From Acidimicrobiia bacterium (GTDB taxonomy: Bacteria > Actinomycetota > Acidimicrobiia > IMCC26256 > JAGNEX01), in the NCBI GenBank assembly GCA_018003035.1, contig JAGNEX010000004.1:651-64650 (forward strand): 64,000 nt of DNA, read 5' to 3'. The translations under genes and the position numbers were made by a program. Positions 54,525 through 63,498 of the stretch are shown in pieces (positions within the stretch are counted from its first letter, which is position 1; every line of letters starts with the position of its first letter). The notes beneath the pieces were generated by a model. The model was not told the DNA's origin. It saw nothing but the letters and a program-made list of their open reading frames with translations, and searched no databases.

Positions 54525-54905
54525 TCAGCGCTTCTTCTTTTTGCCCTTACCGTCGGGGCGCGCCTGACCCTTCTTGCGGCGCCCAAAAAAGCTCCGGCCA
54601 GGCTTCTTTTGCAGCTCTTGAGCGAGCGCCTGCACTTCTGAGTTGACGATGTCTTCGGCCGAGTCCAGCAGCGCCGCAATGTCGTCGTCGGACACTTCGA
54701 GCGATTGCGGTTCGCTCGGGCTGGGCGTCGGAGCAAGGCTCCCGTAGTTCCAACCAGCGTCGTATGTGCGCCGAACGAAACTCGGGCAGTCATCCGGGCA
54801 TCGCCAAGGCGCTTCCGGTGCAAGGTCTAAACGGCATTTACGAACAACGTCGCCCGTCGCATAGGTTCGGCTCTCGTAGTATCGGCAGTCTTCACGCATT
54901 CCCAC
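54525..54905 (-). CDS. hypothetical Cys-rich protein with poly-basic C-terminal tail
   Basis: 126-aa ORF. N-terminal EDCRYYESRTY...RKCRLDLAPEAPWRCPDDCPSF (4 Cys), an acidic middle, and C-terminal KKPGRSFFGRRKKGQARPDGKGKKKKR. Confidence 0.55.
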   Translation of the reverse strand: MGMREDCRYYESRTYATGDVVRKCRLDLAPEAPWRCPDDCPSFVRRTYDAGWNYGSLAPTPSPSEPQSLEVSDDDIAALLDSAEDIVNSEVQALAQELQKKPGRSFFGRRKKGQARPDGKGKKKKR

Positions 54906-54955
54906 GGGTCACATTCTCGCGCTACGTACAGGGCGATGGAAGGAACGTTTTGGCT

Positions 54956-55654
54956 ATGGACAAGATCACCACCGCAGTTGAGGACGGACTTTTAGTGGTT
55001 CGGATCGATGACGGAAAGGCCAATGTCATCGGCTCCCCCGAACTGGCGGTGTTGAATTCGGCGCTGGACCAGGCCGAAACCGATCGGCTGCCCATCCTGT
55101 TGGTTGGCCGACCGGGCAAGTTTTCGGCCGGTTTTGATCTGGCCGAAATGGCCGCGTCGACCGAAGAGATGCGAGCGCTCGTCAAGGGCGGCGCGCAGTT
55201 CCTCATGCGTCTGTTTACCTCGCCGCGGCCTGTCGTGTGCGCCGCGACGGGTCATTCGTTGGCTCTCGGCGCGCTGATGCTGCTTGCCAGCGACTACCGA
55301 GTTGGCGCGTCCGGGCCGTACAAAGTTGGCTTGAACGAAGTTGCGATCGGCATGCAACTTCCGATCTTTGGTGTCGAACTAGCGAAGGCACGGATGACGC
55401 CTGGCGATGTGGAACGTTCGGCGCTTCACAGCACCGTGTATTCGCCAGAACAGGCTCAGACCATTGGATTTCTCGACGAGGTAGTCGCCGAAGACCAGGT
55501 CGAGTCGACCGCCCGAGCCCACGCCCAGCGACTGGGGGCACTGCGCATCGGGGCGTACTCCATCACCAAGAACACGATCCGCGGGGCACGTGCTGCATAT
55601 GTTGCCGAAACTTTGGACGAAGACATCGCCAGCCTTCAAGGACCAAAGCTCTGA
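54956..55654 (+). CDS. enoyl-CoA hydratase/isomerase (crotonase) family protein
   Basis: LLVVRIDDGKANVI, GRPGKFSAGFDL. Start at the ATG at 54956 (MDKITTAV) inside the longer track ORF. Confidence 0.85.
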   Translation: MDKITTAVEDGLLVVRIDDGKANVIGSPELAVLNSALDQAETDRLPILLVGRPGKFSAGFDLAEMAASTEEMRALVKGGAQFLMRLFTSPRPVVCAATGHSLALGALMLLASDYRVGASGPYKVGLNEVAIGMQLPIFGVELAKARMTPGDVERSALHSTVYSPEQAQTIGFLDEVVAEDQVESTARAHAQRLGALRIGAYSITKNTIRGARAAYVAETLDEDIASLQGPKL

Positions 55655-55750
55655 CCGGCCCCGACGTCGAATGCCGCCGACGTTGTGCCGGCGGCGCATC
55701 GTTGAGGCGCCAGGATTTCATAGGTTGACCACTACAAAGGACCAGCGGCA

Positions 55751-56695
55751 GTGCGAGCACTAGTAACAGGTGGGGCAGGTTTCATTGGATCTTCGATCGC
55801 GCGGGCCCTGCTTGCCGAAGACGTCGAGGTTGTCGTTCTCGACAACCTTTCGACCGGGCAACCGCAACGAATCCCTGAAGGAGCCGAGCTGATCGTCGGC
55901 GACCTCACCCGGCCAGACGCCGTCCGCGGGGCATGTAAGGGGGTCGACGTCATCTTCCATCAGGCGGCCATCAGGTCGGTACCGAAGTCGGTCGACAATC
56001 CACTACCCGTCGAAGAAACAAACATTCGCGGGACTCTCAACCTGCTCGAAGCGGCCACCAATGCCTCGGTGGAACGACTGGTGTACGCGTCGAGTTCGAG
56101 TGTGTATGGCGGGGGGCGTTCCGGCGAGCCGCAACACGAATCCGATCCGGTCGATCCCCGCTCGCCGTATGCCGTCTCGAAGCTGTCCGCAGAACAGTTC
56201 TGTCGAGTGTGGACCTTGCTCGAGCGAATCGAAACGGTTTCGCTGCGCTATTTCAACGTCTACGGACCTGGGCAACGGCCAGATTCCACCTACTCGGCCG
56301 TCTTTCCGGGCTTTATCGCTGCGCTCAAACGAGGCGAGCAGCCGGTGATTCATTCCGACGGCGAACAGACCCGTGATTTTTGTTACATCGATGATGTCAT
56401 CGCCGCCAACTTCGCGGCCGCTGACGCCCCGAGCTCAGCAACCGGGCGCTGCTACAACATTGGCGCGGATGACCCTCGATCGGTCAACGACGTCTATCGC
56501 TCGGTCGCGGCGGCGATGGGGACGGACATCAAACCTGTATATGGCCCGGTCCGAGCCGGCGATGTGCGAAGCACGTGGGCCGACATCTCTGACGCCAAGG
56601 AACAACTCGGGTGGCAGCCCAAGGCCCGATGGGACGACGCCGTCAAGGCCACCGTCGAGTGGTTTGAGAGCGACGGCGCCATGGACCCGACCTAA
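55751..56695 (+). CDS. NAD-dependent sugar-nucleotide epimerase/dehydratase (extended SDR)
   Basis: 314-aa ORF. ALVTGGAGFIGS, catalytic SSSSVYG ... YAVSK (YxxxK). Confidence 0.9.
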   Translation: MRALVTGGAGFIGSSIARALLAEDVEVVVLDNLSTGQPQRIPEGAELIVGDLTRPDAVRGACKGVDVIFHQAAIRSVPKSVDNPLPVEETNIRGTLNLLEAATNASVERLVYASSSSVYGGGRSGEPQHESDPVDPRSPYAVSKLSAEQFCRVWTLLERIETVSLRYFNVYGPGQRPDSTYSAVFPGFIAALKRGEQPVIHSDGEQTRDFCYIDDVIAANFAAADAPSSATGRCYNIGADDPRSVNDVYRSVAAAMGTDIKPVYGPVRAGDVRSTWADISDAKEQLGWQPKARWDDAVKATVEWFESDGAMDPT

Positions 56696-56746
56696 CGGGT
56701 CGAAACGCCGCAGCCCCGCTCGGGTCGGCGGCTCCGATGTCCTGAG

Positions 56747-57925
56747 CTACCCCGCCGCTGGTCGCGCTCGGCGAAACCTGCGTCGGAAGAACGCAAAGAT
56801 CGCCCGCGCTTCTTCGGGGTGGAGATGGCCCATGTAGCAAATCGCCATCAGCCACGAGAAGAACCCGACCATCAAAAAGAGGCTGAAGAACAGGTGCATG
56901 CTGATGCCTAGCACCATCAGCGGCCGCCGCCAGCGGGGGAACCAGATGAGGATGGGGATCAACACCTCAAGGGTCAAGGTTGCGAACGTGGCGAAGTTGC
57001 CAAAGAGCAGCGAATCGCCGAGCACACCCGGCATCACAAATCGTTGGAGAGGCTCGTTGCGAACCGCCCAAAGTGCGGCAGTGCCGTCAAGCCAGGTGTC
57101 GCCAGCGAACTTTGCGACGACGCCGGACAGGTATATGACGCTGAGCTGAATACCGAACAGCCGCCTTAACCATGGCGTGGCCTTCCAGGCGCTGCGTGGG
57201 GTGTCCGAGGCGGTAGCGGTCTGCTGCGCTCCCAACGGCGAGGTGCTCCTACCGCGCCGAGTGTCCTCCATGGGCGCACCTCGGTCATCGGTTTGTTGTC
57301 CACCCCCCTTTCGCGCCCGGGTTCCCGGCGCGTTACCGCCGATCACCGCTTCGGGAGTCAGGACGGCGTACAGCGCAAACAGGAACGTCAACACGCGCAT
57401 GAGCGTGTCGCCCGAATTGAGTAACGCGACGTTGTCGAGTTCGAAGCCGAGCACCAGGAACCACATGACCGGTGCCGTCACCCGAACCCACCACCCGGCC
57501 ATCACCAGAACGGCCGCTCCGAGCATCATGGCGAACATGACGTACATCGCTGCATCGCTTGGGAACCAGCGCATGGGCGACAGCCGGTACGGCGCAAAAC
57601 CTGGATCGGGCGCAAGGCCGGTACGGGAAAAGAATGCGTTCAAATCGGGAGCAAGGCTCAACGCCCAGCACAGCACGGTGAAGCCGAGGCAAATGCGTAT
57701 CAATCGAACTGTTTCGGAGCCTTCGGGGGTGAACCACCAGCGGTCCCAGCGCCCAAATGCCCCGCTCCAGGGTCGGGAGACGCGTAGCGACTCAGAGGGG
57801 CGTTGACCGGCGCCAGAGACGGCACGCTCGGTCGTGGGCCCATCTGTCCCTTCGCCGGGACCAGGGTCCTCGGTGCCTGCGGCGGGCGCCGGTTGAACGT
57901 CACGACCGGCGTTCATGCTGGGCAT
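56747..57925 (-). CDS. HTTM-domain polytopic membrane protein (vitamin-K-dependent gamma-carboxylase / SdpB-like family)
   Basis: N-terminal pattern RWDRWWFTPEGSETVRLIRICLGFTVLCWALSL, typical of HTTM. Polytopic. The start ATG at 57925 overlaps the upstream stop (TGATG). An internal disordered loop of about 60 aa is present. Confidence 0.7.
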   Translation of the reverse strand: MPSMNAGRDVQPAPAAGTEDPGPGEGTDGPTTERAVSGAGQRPSESLRVSRPWSGAFGRWDRWWFTPEGSETVRLIRICLGFTVLCWALSLAPDLNAFFSRTGLAPDPGFAPYRLSPMRWFPSDAAMYVMFAMMLGAAVLVMAGWWVRVTAPVMWFLVLGFELDNVALLNSGDTLMRVLTFLFALYAVLTPEAVIGGNAPGTRARKGGGQQTDDRGAPMEDTRRGRSTSPLGAQQTATASDTPRSAWKATPWLRRLFGIQLSVIYLSGVVAKFAGDTWLDGTAALWAVRNEPLQRFVMPGVLGDSLLFGNFATFATLTLEVLIPILIWFPRWRRPLMVLGISMHLFFSLFLMVGFFSWLMAICYMGHLHPEEARAIFAFFRRRFRRARPAAG

Positions 57926-58776
57926 CAGCCTTGCTCCGGTCGCCACGAATAGAAGTCATAGCTCTGCCAGTCGGGCGCCGCGTGATCCCCAATCGGCGGC
58001 ATCTCGTACCAGCGCCGACGCAGGATGACCTGTTCCACCGTTCCTTGGTCCTCCATCGTCGATGCGATATACCGAGCGGTTGCCGGCCACGCATCCGCGT
58101 TTTCATCCAGGCGGATCCGCTCCTCCCATTTCTGCCAGTGGTACCCGTTGAAATGACCGATAAACGGGTCCACTCGCGGGGGTGTCCACGTGCGAGATGT
58201 GCCGTCGGCAAAAAGTACGTCGGCCTCGACCATGACGACTTCACGAGGCGGATTGGGCGAGAACACCACCCAACTTTGGTCTAAACCAAAGGCGTGGACA
58301 CCGGGTTCGACCGTATCGACGGCGAGACGCCTCGCCTCTGAGCCGGCCGGCATGGACCAGGACACCGTCGATATCGCCCACCATGCAAAGAAGACCGTAA
58401 GTAACGCCCGAACGGCCGGGCGGCTCACCAGACCGAGGTGACCCCGGGGCACGGTCACACCGTCGTCGCCAGTTGGTGGCAGCACGATGCGGCCCGTTAC
58501 GTCATCGACGCTGCTAGACCCATGCGGCGATCCGACGTGCTCGGAGCTAGGCGTCTGGGGCGCTCCTCGCTCGATATCGCCCGTACCGACCGGGCTCGTG
58601 TCTCCAGCGGTCCACGAGCCATCGACGCCAACTGATCGATCAGCCTGGGCAACGCCCTCGGAAGCAGCGCTTTGTTCTGACATGCGGGGATGCGGTCCGC
58701 GGTCAGCGGCTTCGCGCTCCGTTGAACCTGCGTTGTCGCTCACGCATGTCATCGTAGAGTGCGGAGCGACTTGCAC
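57925..58776 (-). CDS. single-TM protein translationally coupled to the HTTM gene (possible SdpA/DUF5819-type partner)
   Basis: 283-aa ORF. About 110 aa of disordered N-terminus, TM (ALLTVFFAWWAISTVSW), then a domain with GLDQSWVVFSPNPP and Trp-rich motifs (HWQKWEERIRL, RRRWYEMPP). The true start may be an internal Met. Confidence 0.6.
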   Translation of the reverse strand: MQVAPHSTMTCVSDNAGSTEREAADRGPHPRMSEQSAASEGVAQADRSVGVDGSWTAGDTSPVGTGDIERGAPQTPSSEHVGSPHGSSSVDDVTGRIVLPPTGDDGVTVPRGHLGLVSRPAVRALLTVFFAWWAISTVSWSMPAGSEARRLAVDTVEPGVHAFGLDQSWVVFSPNPPREVVMVEADVLFADGTSRTWTPPRVDPFIGHFNGYHWQKWEERIRLDENADAWPATARYIASTMEDQGTVEQVILRRRWYEMPPIGDHAAPDWQSYDFYSWRPEQG

Positions 58777-58806
58777 CCAATGACTCGACGAAACCGATTA
58801 ACCCTA

Positions 58807-58820
58807 CGAACTTACGTTCG
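58807..58820. promoter_or_regulatory. SOS-box-like palindrome CGAAC-N4-GTTCG (candidate LexA operator)
   Basis: cgaacttacgttcg is a perfect 5+5 inverted repeat with a 4-nt spacer. It lies in the 79-nt divergent intergenic region, 36 nt upstream of the topoisomerase A ATG and 31 nt from the minus-strand gene start. Confidence 0.55.
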
Positions 58821-58855
58821 GGCGGTCCACCACCGCAGGCCGCTCGTTAGCAACA

Positions 58856-61297
58856 ATGCAGGGTATGTCTGGTTCACATCTTGATTTCGCTCGCGAAGTT
58901 CTCGACACGCCGGTGTCCGACGAAATGCGAGACAGCTTCCTCGCCTATTCGTTGTCGGTCATCACTTCGCGGGCGCTCCCCGACGTCCGAGACGGCTTAA
59001 AGCCCGTCCAGCGGCGAATCTTGTACGGGCTCGCCGAGAACGGGATGCGGCCAAGTTCGCCGCATAAGAAGTCTGCCCGTGTCGTCGGGGACGTGATGGG
59101 CAAGTACCACCCGCACGGCGACTCCGCGATCTACGACGCGCTCGTCCGAATGGCGCAAGATTTTTCCATGCGGATTCCGCTGGTCGACGGCCACGGAAAC
59201 TTTGGGTCGCACGAAGATCCTCCCGCCGCCATGCGCTACACCGAGTGCCGGATGGCCCCGGCCGCTCTAGACATGGTCGGTGAGCTCGACGAAGACACCG
59301 TCGAGTGGCGCGACAACTTTGATGGTGAAGAACAAGAGCCTGCGTATCTCCCCGCGCGCTTGCCCAACCTGATCGTCAACGGATCCTCCGGGATCGCGGT
59401 GGGCATGGCAACCAACATGGCACCCCACAACCTGCGCGAGACCGTGTCTGCGCTCAAACTCATCCTCGACAACCCCGAGACCTCCGTACACGCGATCATG
59501 CGCAGGCTCAAGGGTCCGGACTTTCCGACTGGCGGGGCGTTCATCAAAACCCCCGACCTCATCGAGATTTACACGACCGGACGAGGAAGCATCCGCGTCC
59601 GCGCCAAAGCCACCACCGGGCAGGTCAGCGGTCGACGCCAAGGAATCACCGTTACCGAACTTCCCTACGGAGTCGGCCCCGAACGTGTCATCACAAGAAT
59701 CAACGCGCTCGTCGAAAGCGGCAAGTTGCCGGGAATCGCAGCGGTTACCGATCTGAGCGACCGCAAACACGGCCTGCAGATCGTGATCGAATGCAAAACC
59801 GGGGTAAATGCCAACGCGCTCCTCGGTGAGCTCTACCGACAGACGCCGCTTGAAGACAGCTTTGCGGTGAACAACGTTGTCCTCGTCGACGGGCGCCCCA
59901 CCACCATCGGTATTCGCGACTTGATGCGCCATTACATCGATCACCGTCTCGATGTGGTGACCAGGCGGACCGAGTTTCGCCTGCGCCGCGCGCGTGAGCG
60001 CGAGCACATTGTCGAAGGCCTCGTCATTGCAGTCGACAACATCGACGAGGTCGTCAGAATCATCCGGGGATCGAAAGACACCCCACAAGCGCGTGAACGA
60101 CTGATCGAACGCTTCTCGTTTTCTGAGATTCAGGCCAATCACGTGCTCGAAATGCCGCTTCGCCGCCTGACCGCGCTCGAGGTCGACAAACTGCGCGACG
60201 AACTCGCCGAACTGCGCCGACTGATTGCGGACCTGCTCGATATTCTCGAACGACCCGAACGACGCCGCGAGATCGTAGGAGACGAGCTCGACGAAGTCGC
60301 TCGCTTGCACGGCGACGCTCGGCGCACGGCCATCCTTGAGGGTGACGACGCGGTGATCGAGGCGACCAGTCTGGAGATTGCCGACGAGGCCTGCGTCGTC
60401 GAACTCTCTTCGACCAACTACCTTGGCCGCCGGACCGACGAGGCATGGACCAAGAGCCCAAGCCGGAACGACCTGGTCACCGCGAAAGCGGGTACGACTA
60501 CCAGAGGGCCCGTCTGGGCGTTGTCGTCGTCCGGCGTGGTCTATCCGATCGAAGCGGTCGAGATCCCCGAGATTCAAGGGCGTTCTCGAGGAGGAAAGGT
60601 CACAGAGATCTTCGATCTTGCCCGCGGCGAACGCATCGTAGGGGTGGTCGGCATTTTCGATCTGGGGTTACGCATCGACGAGAACAGCGAGCTCACCGAT
60701 ACCGGGGAACGGTTACTGACCGTTGTGACGCGGTCGGGCGTCATCAAGCGACTCACCGCCGGTGAGCTGGCCGATTCCAAAGTTGGGGCAGACTTCATCG
60801 CCCTGAAAGACGGGGACCGAGTGGTGGCAGCGTTCGCCGCGCCGGCCGATGCAGAGGTCGCGATCGTGTCCTCTGACGCCCAATTACTCCGAACAGCGAC
60901 CGATCAAGTCCGGCCGCAAGGTCGCAGTGCGGGCGGTATGGCCGGCATGAAGTTGAAGGACAAAGCGACCGTTATTGCCGCCGGGCGCATCGATCCGACC
61001 GACGTGGTGGTCACGGTTACCGACCGGGGCGGCATCAAGCTGACCGAAGCCGGCGAGTTTCCGGCCAAAGGGCGAGCAACCGGTGGGGTCCGGATCACGC
61101 GCTTCAAGAAGGATGAACAACAGCTGACCCATGCCAAGATCGGACCACGGGTCGGCCTCGCAGCTGCCACGGTTGGTTCTGACCTGCTCGATTCTGGTTC
61201 CGACGTCAGCGCTGTCAACGAGGGAGCGTCTAAACGCGACGCTCCGAGCACACGTACGGATCGGGCATTTGAGGCCCTGGGATGGCTCAGACAGTGA
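58856..61297 (+). CDS. type IIA DNA topoisomerase subunit A (ParC/GyrA family; no GyrA box seen)
   Basis: 813-aa [21 protein letters not shown], catalytic Tyr context AAMRYTECR, and a beta-pinwheel CTD. At the position aligned to the GyrA box (QRRGGKG) the sequence is TKSPSRND. Confidence 0.9.
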   Translation: MQGMSGSHLDFAREVLDTPVSDEMRDSFLAYSLSVITSRALPDVRDGLKPVQRRILYGLAENGMRPSSPHKKSARVVGDVMGKYHPHGDSAIYDALVRMAQDFSMRIPLVDGHGNFGSHEDPPAAMRYTECRMAPAALDMVGELDEDTVEWRDNFDGEEQEPAYLPARLPNLIVNGSSGIAVGMATNMAPHNLRETVSALKLILDNPETSVHAIMRRLKGPDFPTGGAFIKTPDLIEIYTTGRGSIRVRAKATTGQVSGRRQGITVTELPYGVGPERVITRINALVESGKLPGIAAVTDLSDRKHGLQIVIECKTGVNANALLGELYRQTPLEDSFAVNNVVLVDGRPTTIGIRDLMRHYIDHRLDVVTRRTEFRLRRAREREHIVEGLVIAVDNIDEVVRIIRGSKDTPQARERLIERFSFSEIQANHVLEMPLRRLTALEVDKLRDELAELRRLIADLLDILERPERRREIVGDELDEVARLHGDARRTAILEGDDAVIEATSLEIADEACVVELSSTNYLGRRTDEAWTKSPSRNDLVTAKAGTTTRGPVWALSSSGVVYPIEAVEIPEIQGRSRGGKVTEIFDLARGERIVGVVGIFDLGLRIDENSELTDTGERLLTVVTRSGVIKRLTAGELADSKVGADFIALKDGDRVVAAFAAPADAEVAIVSSDAQLLRTATDQVRPQGRSAGGMAGMKLKDKATVIAAGRIDPTDVVVTVTDRGGIKLTEAGEFPAKGRATGGVRITRFKKDEQQLTHAKIGPRVGLAAATVGSDLLDSGSDVSAVNEGASKRDAPSTRTDRAFEALGWLRQ

Positions 61298-63498
61298 CTG
61301 CGGACCCTTCGACAATCGAGTCACACAAACCCGAAGAGCTAGGCGGGGCCATGGAGTTTGTACAAGGCGAGGAACGGGTGGAAGACCAAGCAATAACAAC
61401 CCCAGCGACACCAGAAACAACGACGCCAGAAAAGTCGACACCGGAAGCGGTAGCGCCAGAGACACCGGCGCCGGCCAGATCGGCTCAGCAGTACGACGCA
61501 TCCAGCCTCACGGTTCTCGAAGGGCTGGACGCGGTTCGGAAGCGACCTGGGATGTACATCGGTTCTACCGATAGCCGTGGCCTCGTGCATTTGGTGTGGG
61601 AGATTCTGGACAACGCGATCGACGAGGCCACGGCCGGGTTCTGCGACAAGATCGATGTCGAGGTCTTTGCCGACGGGTCGGTCGAGGTGCGCGACAACGG
61701 CCGCGGAATTCCCGTTGACATCCAATCAGAAACGGGCCTGTCCGGGCTCGAGTTGGTGCTTACCAAACTGCATGCCGGAGGAAAGTTTGGCGGTGGTGCC
61801 TATGGCGCTTCGGGCGGGCTGCACGGCGTTGGAGCATCGGTCGTGAACGCTCTGTCATCCAAACTCGTCGCCGAGGTCGATCGTGAAGGGGCCACGCACC
61901 GTTTAGCGTTTCAGCGTGGAGTTCCCGGTCGGTTCGCCAAGAACGGCCGGTTCCGCAAAACCAACGAACTTGAACGGCAAGGTCGGCTCGCCAAAACGGT
62001 GACCGGCACACGGATCCGCTTCTGGCCGGACGAAGAGATCTTTCCCGCGGGTACAGCGATCGATGTCAGTCAGGTGCGGGAACGGATCCGCCAGCGCTGC
62101 TTTTTGGTCCCCGGCTTGAGCGTGACCCTCACCCATGGAACCGGTGAGGATCGCTCGACTGAGACCTTTCATTCCAAAAAGGGCCTCATCGACTTTGTCG
62201 ACTACCTCACCACGGGCGAAGGCATCACCGACGTGCTGTCATTCGACGGCGAGGACACCTTCACCGAGACGGTACCGGTCGTTCGCGACGGGACGCTTCA
62301 TTCAGAGGAAGTCCAACGAACCTGCCGCGTCCGCGTCGCACTGCGGTGGACCGCCGACTGGGACAGCAGGGTGGTGTCGTTCGTCAACACCGTTCCAACG
62401 CCGAAGGGTGGGTCCCATGTCGCCGGCTTTGATCGGGCGCTCACACGGGTGTTGAACGAGGCGCTGCGCGAATCGCGCACCCTCAAAGACAAAGACGAGA
62501 ACGTCGTTCGCGACGACGTGCAGGAAGGGCTCGTTGCGGTCGTCCTGGTGAACCTGGAAGAACCGCAGTTTGAAGGCCAAACCAAGGAGATCCTCGGTAC
62601 CGCAGCAGCGCAGTCGATCACCTATTCCGTTGTGGCCGACGGTTTGCGCTCTTGGTTTGGCGGGGCCGGAAAGAAGGTCCACATCAAACGAGCCCTGGAC
62701 AAGGTCGCCGCGTCCGCGAAAGCACGTCAGGCCGCTCGACTTCGGCGCGACACCATGCGCAAGAAGAATGCGTTGGCTAGCGGTTCGTTACCGGCCAAAC
62801 TCGCCGATTGTCGCCGCCACGGTGAGGGGGCTGAGCTGCTGATCGTCGAAGGCGACTCGGCGGCAGGTCCGGCAAAGAAAGGCCGCGACTCTGAGTTTCA
62901 AGCGATCCTTCCAATCCGCGGCAAGATCGTCAATGCGGCCAAGGCGACCACAAAACAAGTGTTGGAGAACGCCGAATGCACGTCGATCTTCAGCGCGGTC
63001 GGTGCTGGTTCTGGCCGAGAGTTTGACCTCGACTCAATCCGTTACGGCCGCCTCATCATCCTGGTGGACGCGGATGTCGATGGAAGCCACATCCGCTGTC
63101 TGCTGCTGACTCTGCTGTATCGGTATATGCGCCCCCTGTTGGAAGACGGCAGGGTCTTTGCTGCGATGCCTCCCCTCCACGCGATCAAGGTTCGCGGCGG
63201 CACGGAGTACTACACCTACACCGAAGAAGAGCGACGCGAAAAAGAAGCCGAACTCGTCAAAGCCGGCAAGAAGATCACAGGAATCAGCCGTTTCAAAGGT
63301 CTTGGTGAGATGAACGTCGACGAGCTTGCCAACACAACGCTCGACCCGAAGTCGCGGACTCTGCGCCGGATCACGATCGACGACGCGGCCGATGCAGCCC
63401 ACATGATCGACATCTTGATGGGCAACGACGTCGCCCCTCGCAAGGCGTTTATCGTCGAGAATTCGCAACTTCTTGCCGCGGACGCGTTGGACATCTAG
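61282..63498 (+). CDS. type IIA DNA topoisomerase subunit B (ParE/GyrB family) with Thr/Pro-rich N-terminal extension
   Basis: 738-aa [36 protein letters not shown], Toprim [36 protein letters not shown]. About 65 aa of extra N-terminus ([26 protein letters not shown]). 16-nt overlap with the subunit A gene. Confidence 0.9.
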   Translation: MAQTVTADPSTIESHKPEELGGAMEFVQGEERVEDQAITTPATPETTTPEKSTPEAVAPETPAPARSAQQYDASSLTVLEGLDAVRKRPGMYIGSTDSRGLVHLVWEILDNAIDEATAGFCDKIDVEVFADGSVEVRDNGRGIPVDIQSETGLSGLELVLTKLHAGGKFGGGAYGASGGLHGVGASVVNALSSKLVAEVDREGATHRLAFQRGVPGRFAKNGRFRKTNELERQGRLAKTVTGTRIRFWPDEEIFPAGTAIDVSQVRERIRQRCFLVPGLSVTLTHGTGEDRSTETFHSKKGLIDFVDYLTTGEGITDVLSFDGEDTFTETVPVVRDGTLHSEEVQRTCRVRVALRWTADWDSRVVSFVNTVPTPKGGSHVAGFDRALTRVLNEALRESRTLKDKDENVVRDDVQEGLVAVVLVNLEEPQFEGQTKEILGTAAAQSITYSVVADGLRSWFGGAGKKVHIKRALDKVAASAKARQAARLRRDTMRKKNALASGSLPAKLADCRRHGEGAELLIVEGDSAAGPAKKGRDSEFQAILPIRGKIVNAAKATTKQVLENAECTSIFSAVGAGSGREFDLDSIRYGRLIILVDADVDGSHIRCLLLTLLYRYMRPLLEDGRVFAAMPPLHAIKVRGGTEYYTYTEEERREKEAELVKAGKKITGISRFKGLGEMNVDELANTTLDPKSRTLRRITIDDAADAAHMIDILMGNDVAPRKAFIVENSQLLAADALDI

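Noticed and set aside
58856-63498. Calling these genes gyrA/gyrB (housekeeping gyrase)
   Set aside because: The order is A then B. No GyrA box is visible at the CTD start. The context is not the dnaA-dnaN-recF-gyrB-gyrA origin region. I therefore left the symbols blank and call it a ParC/ParE-like or atypical type IIA enzyme pending phylogeny.
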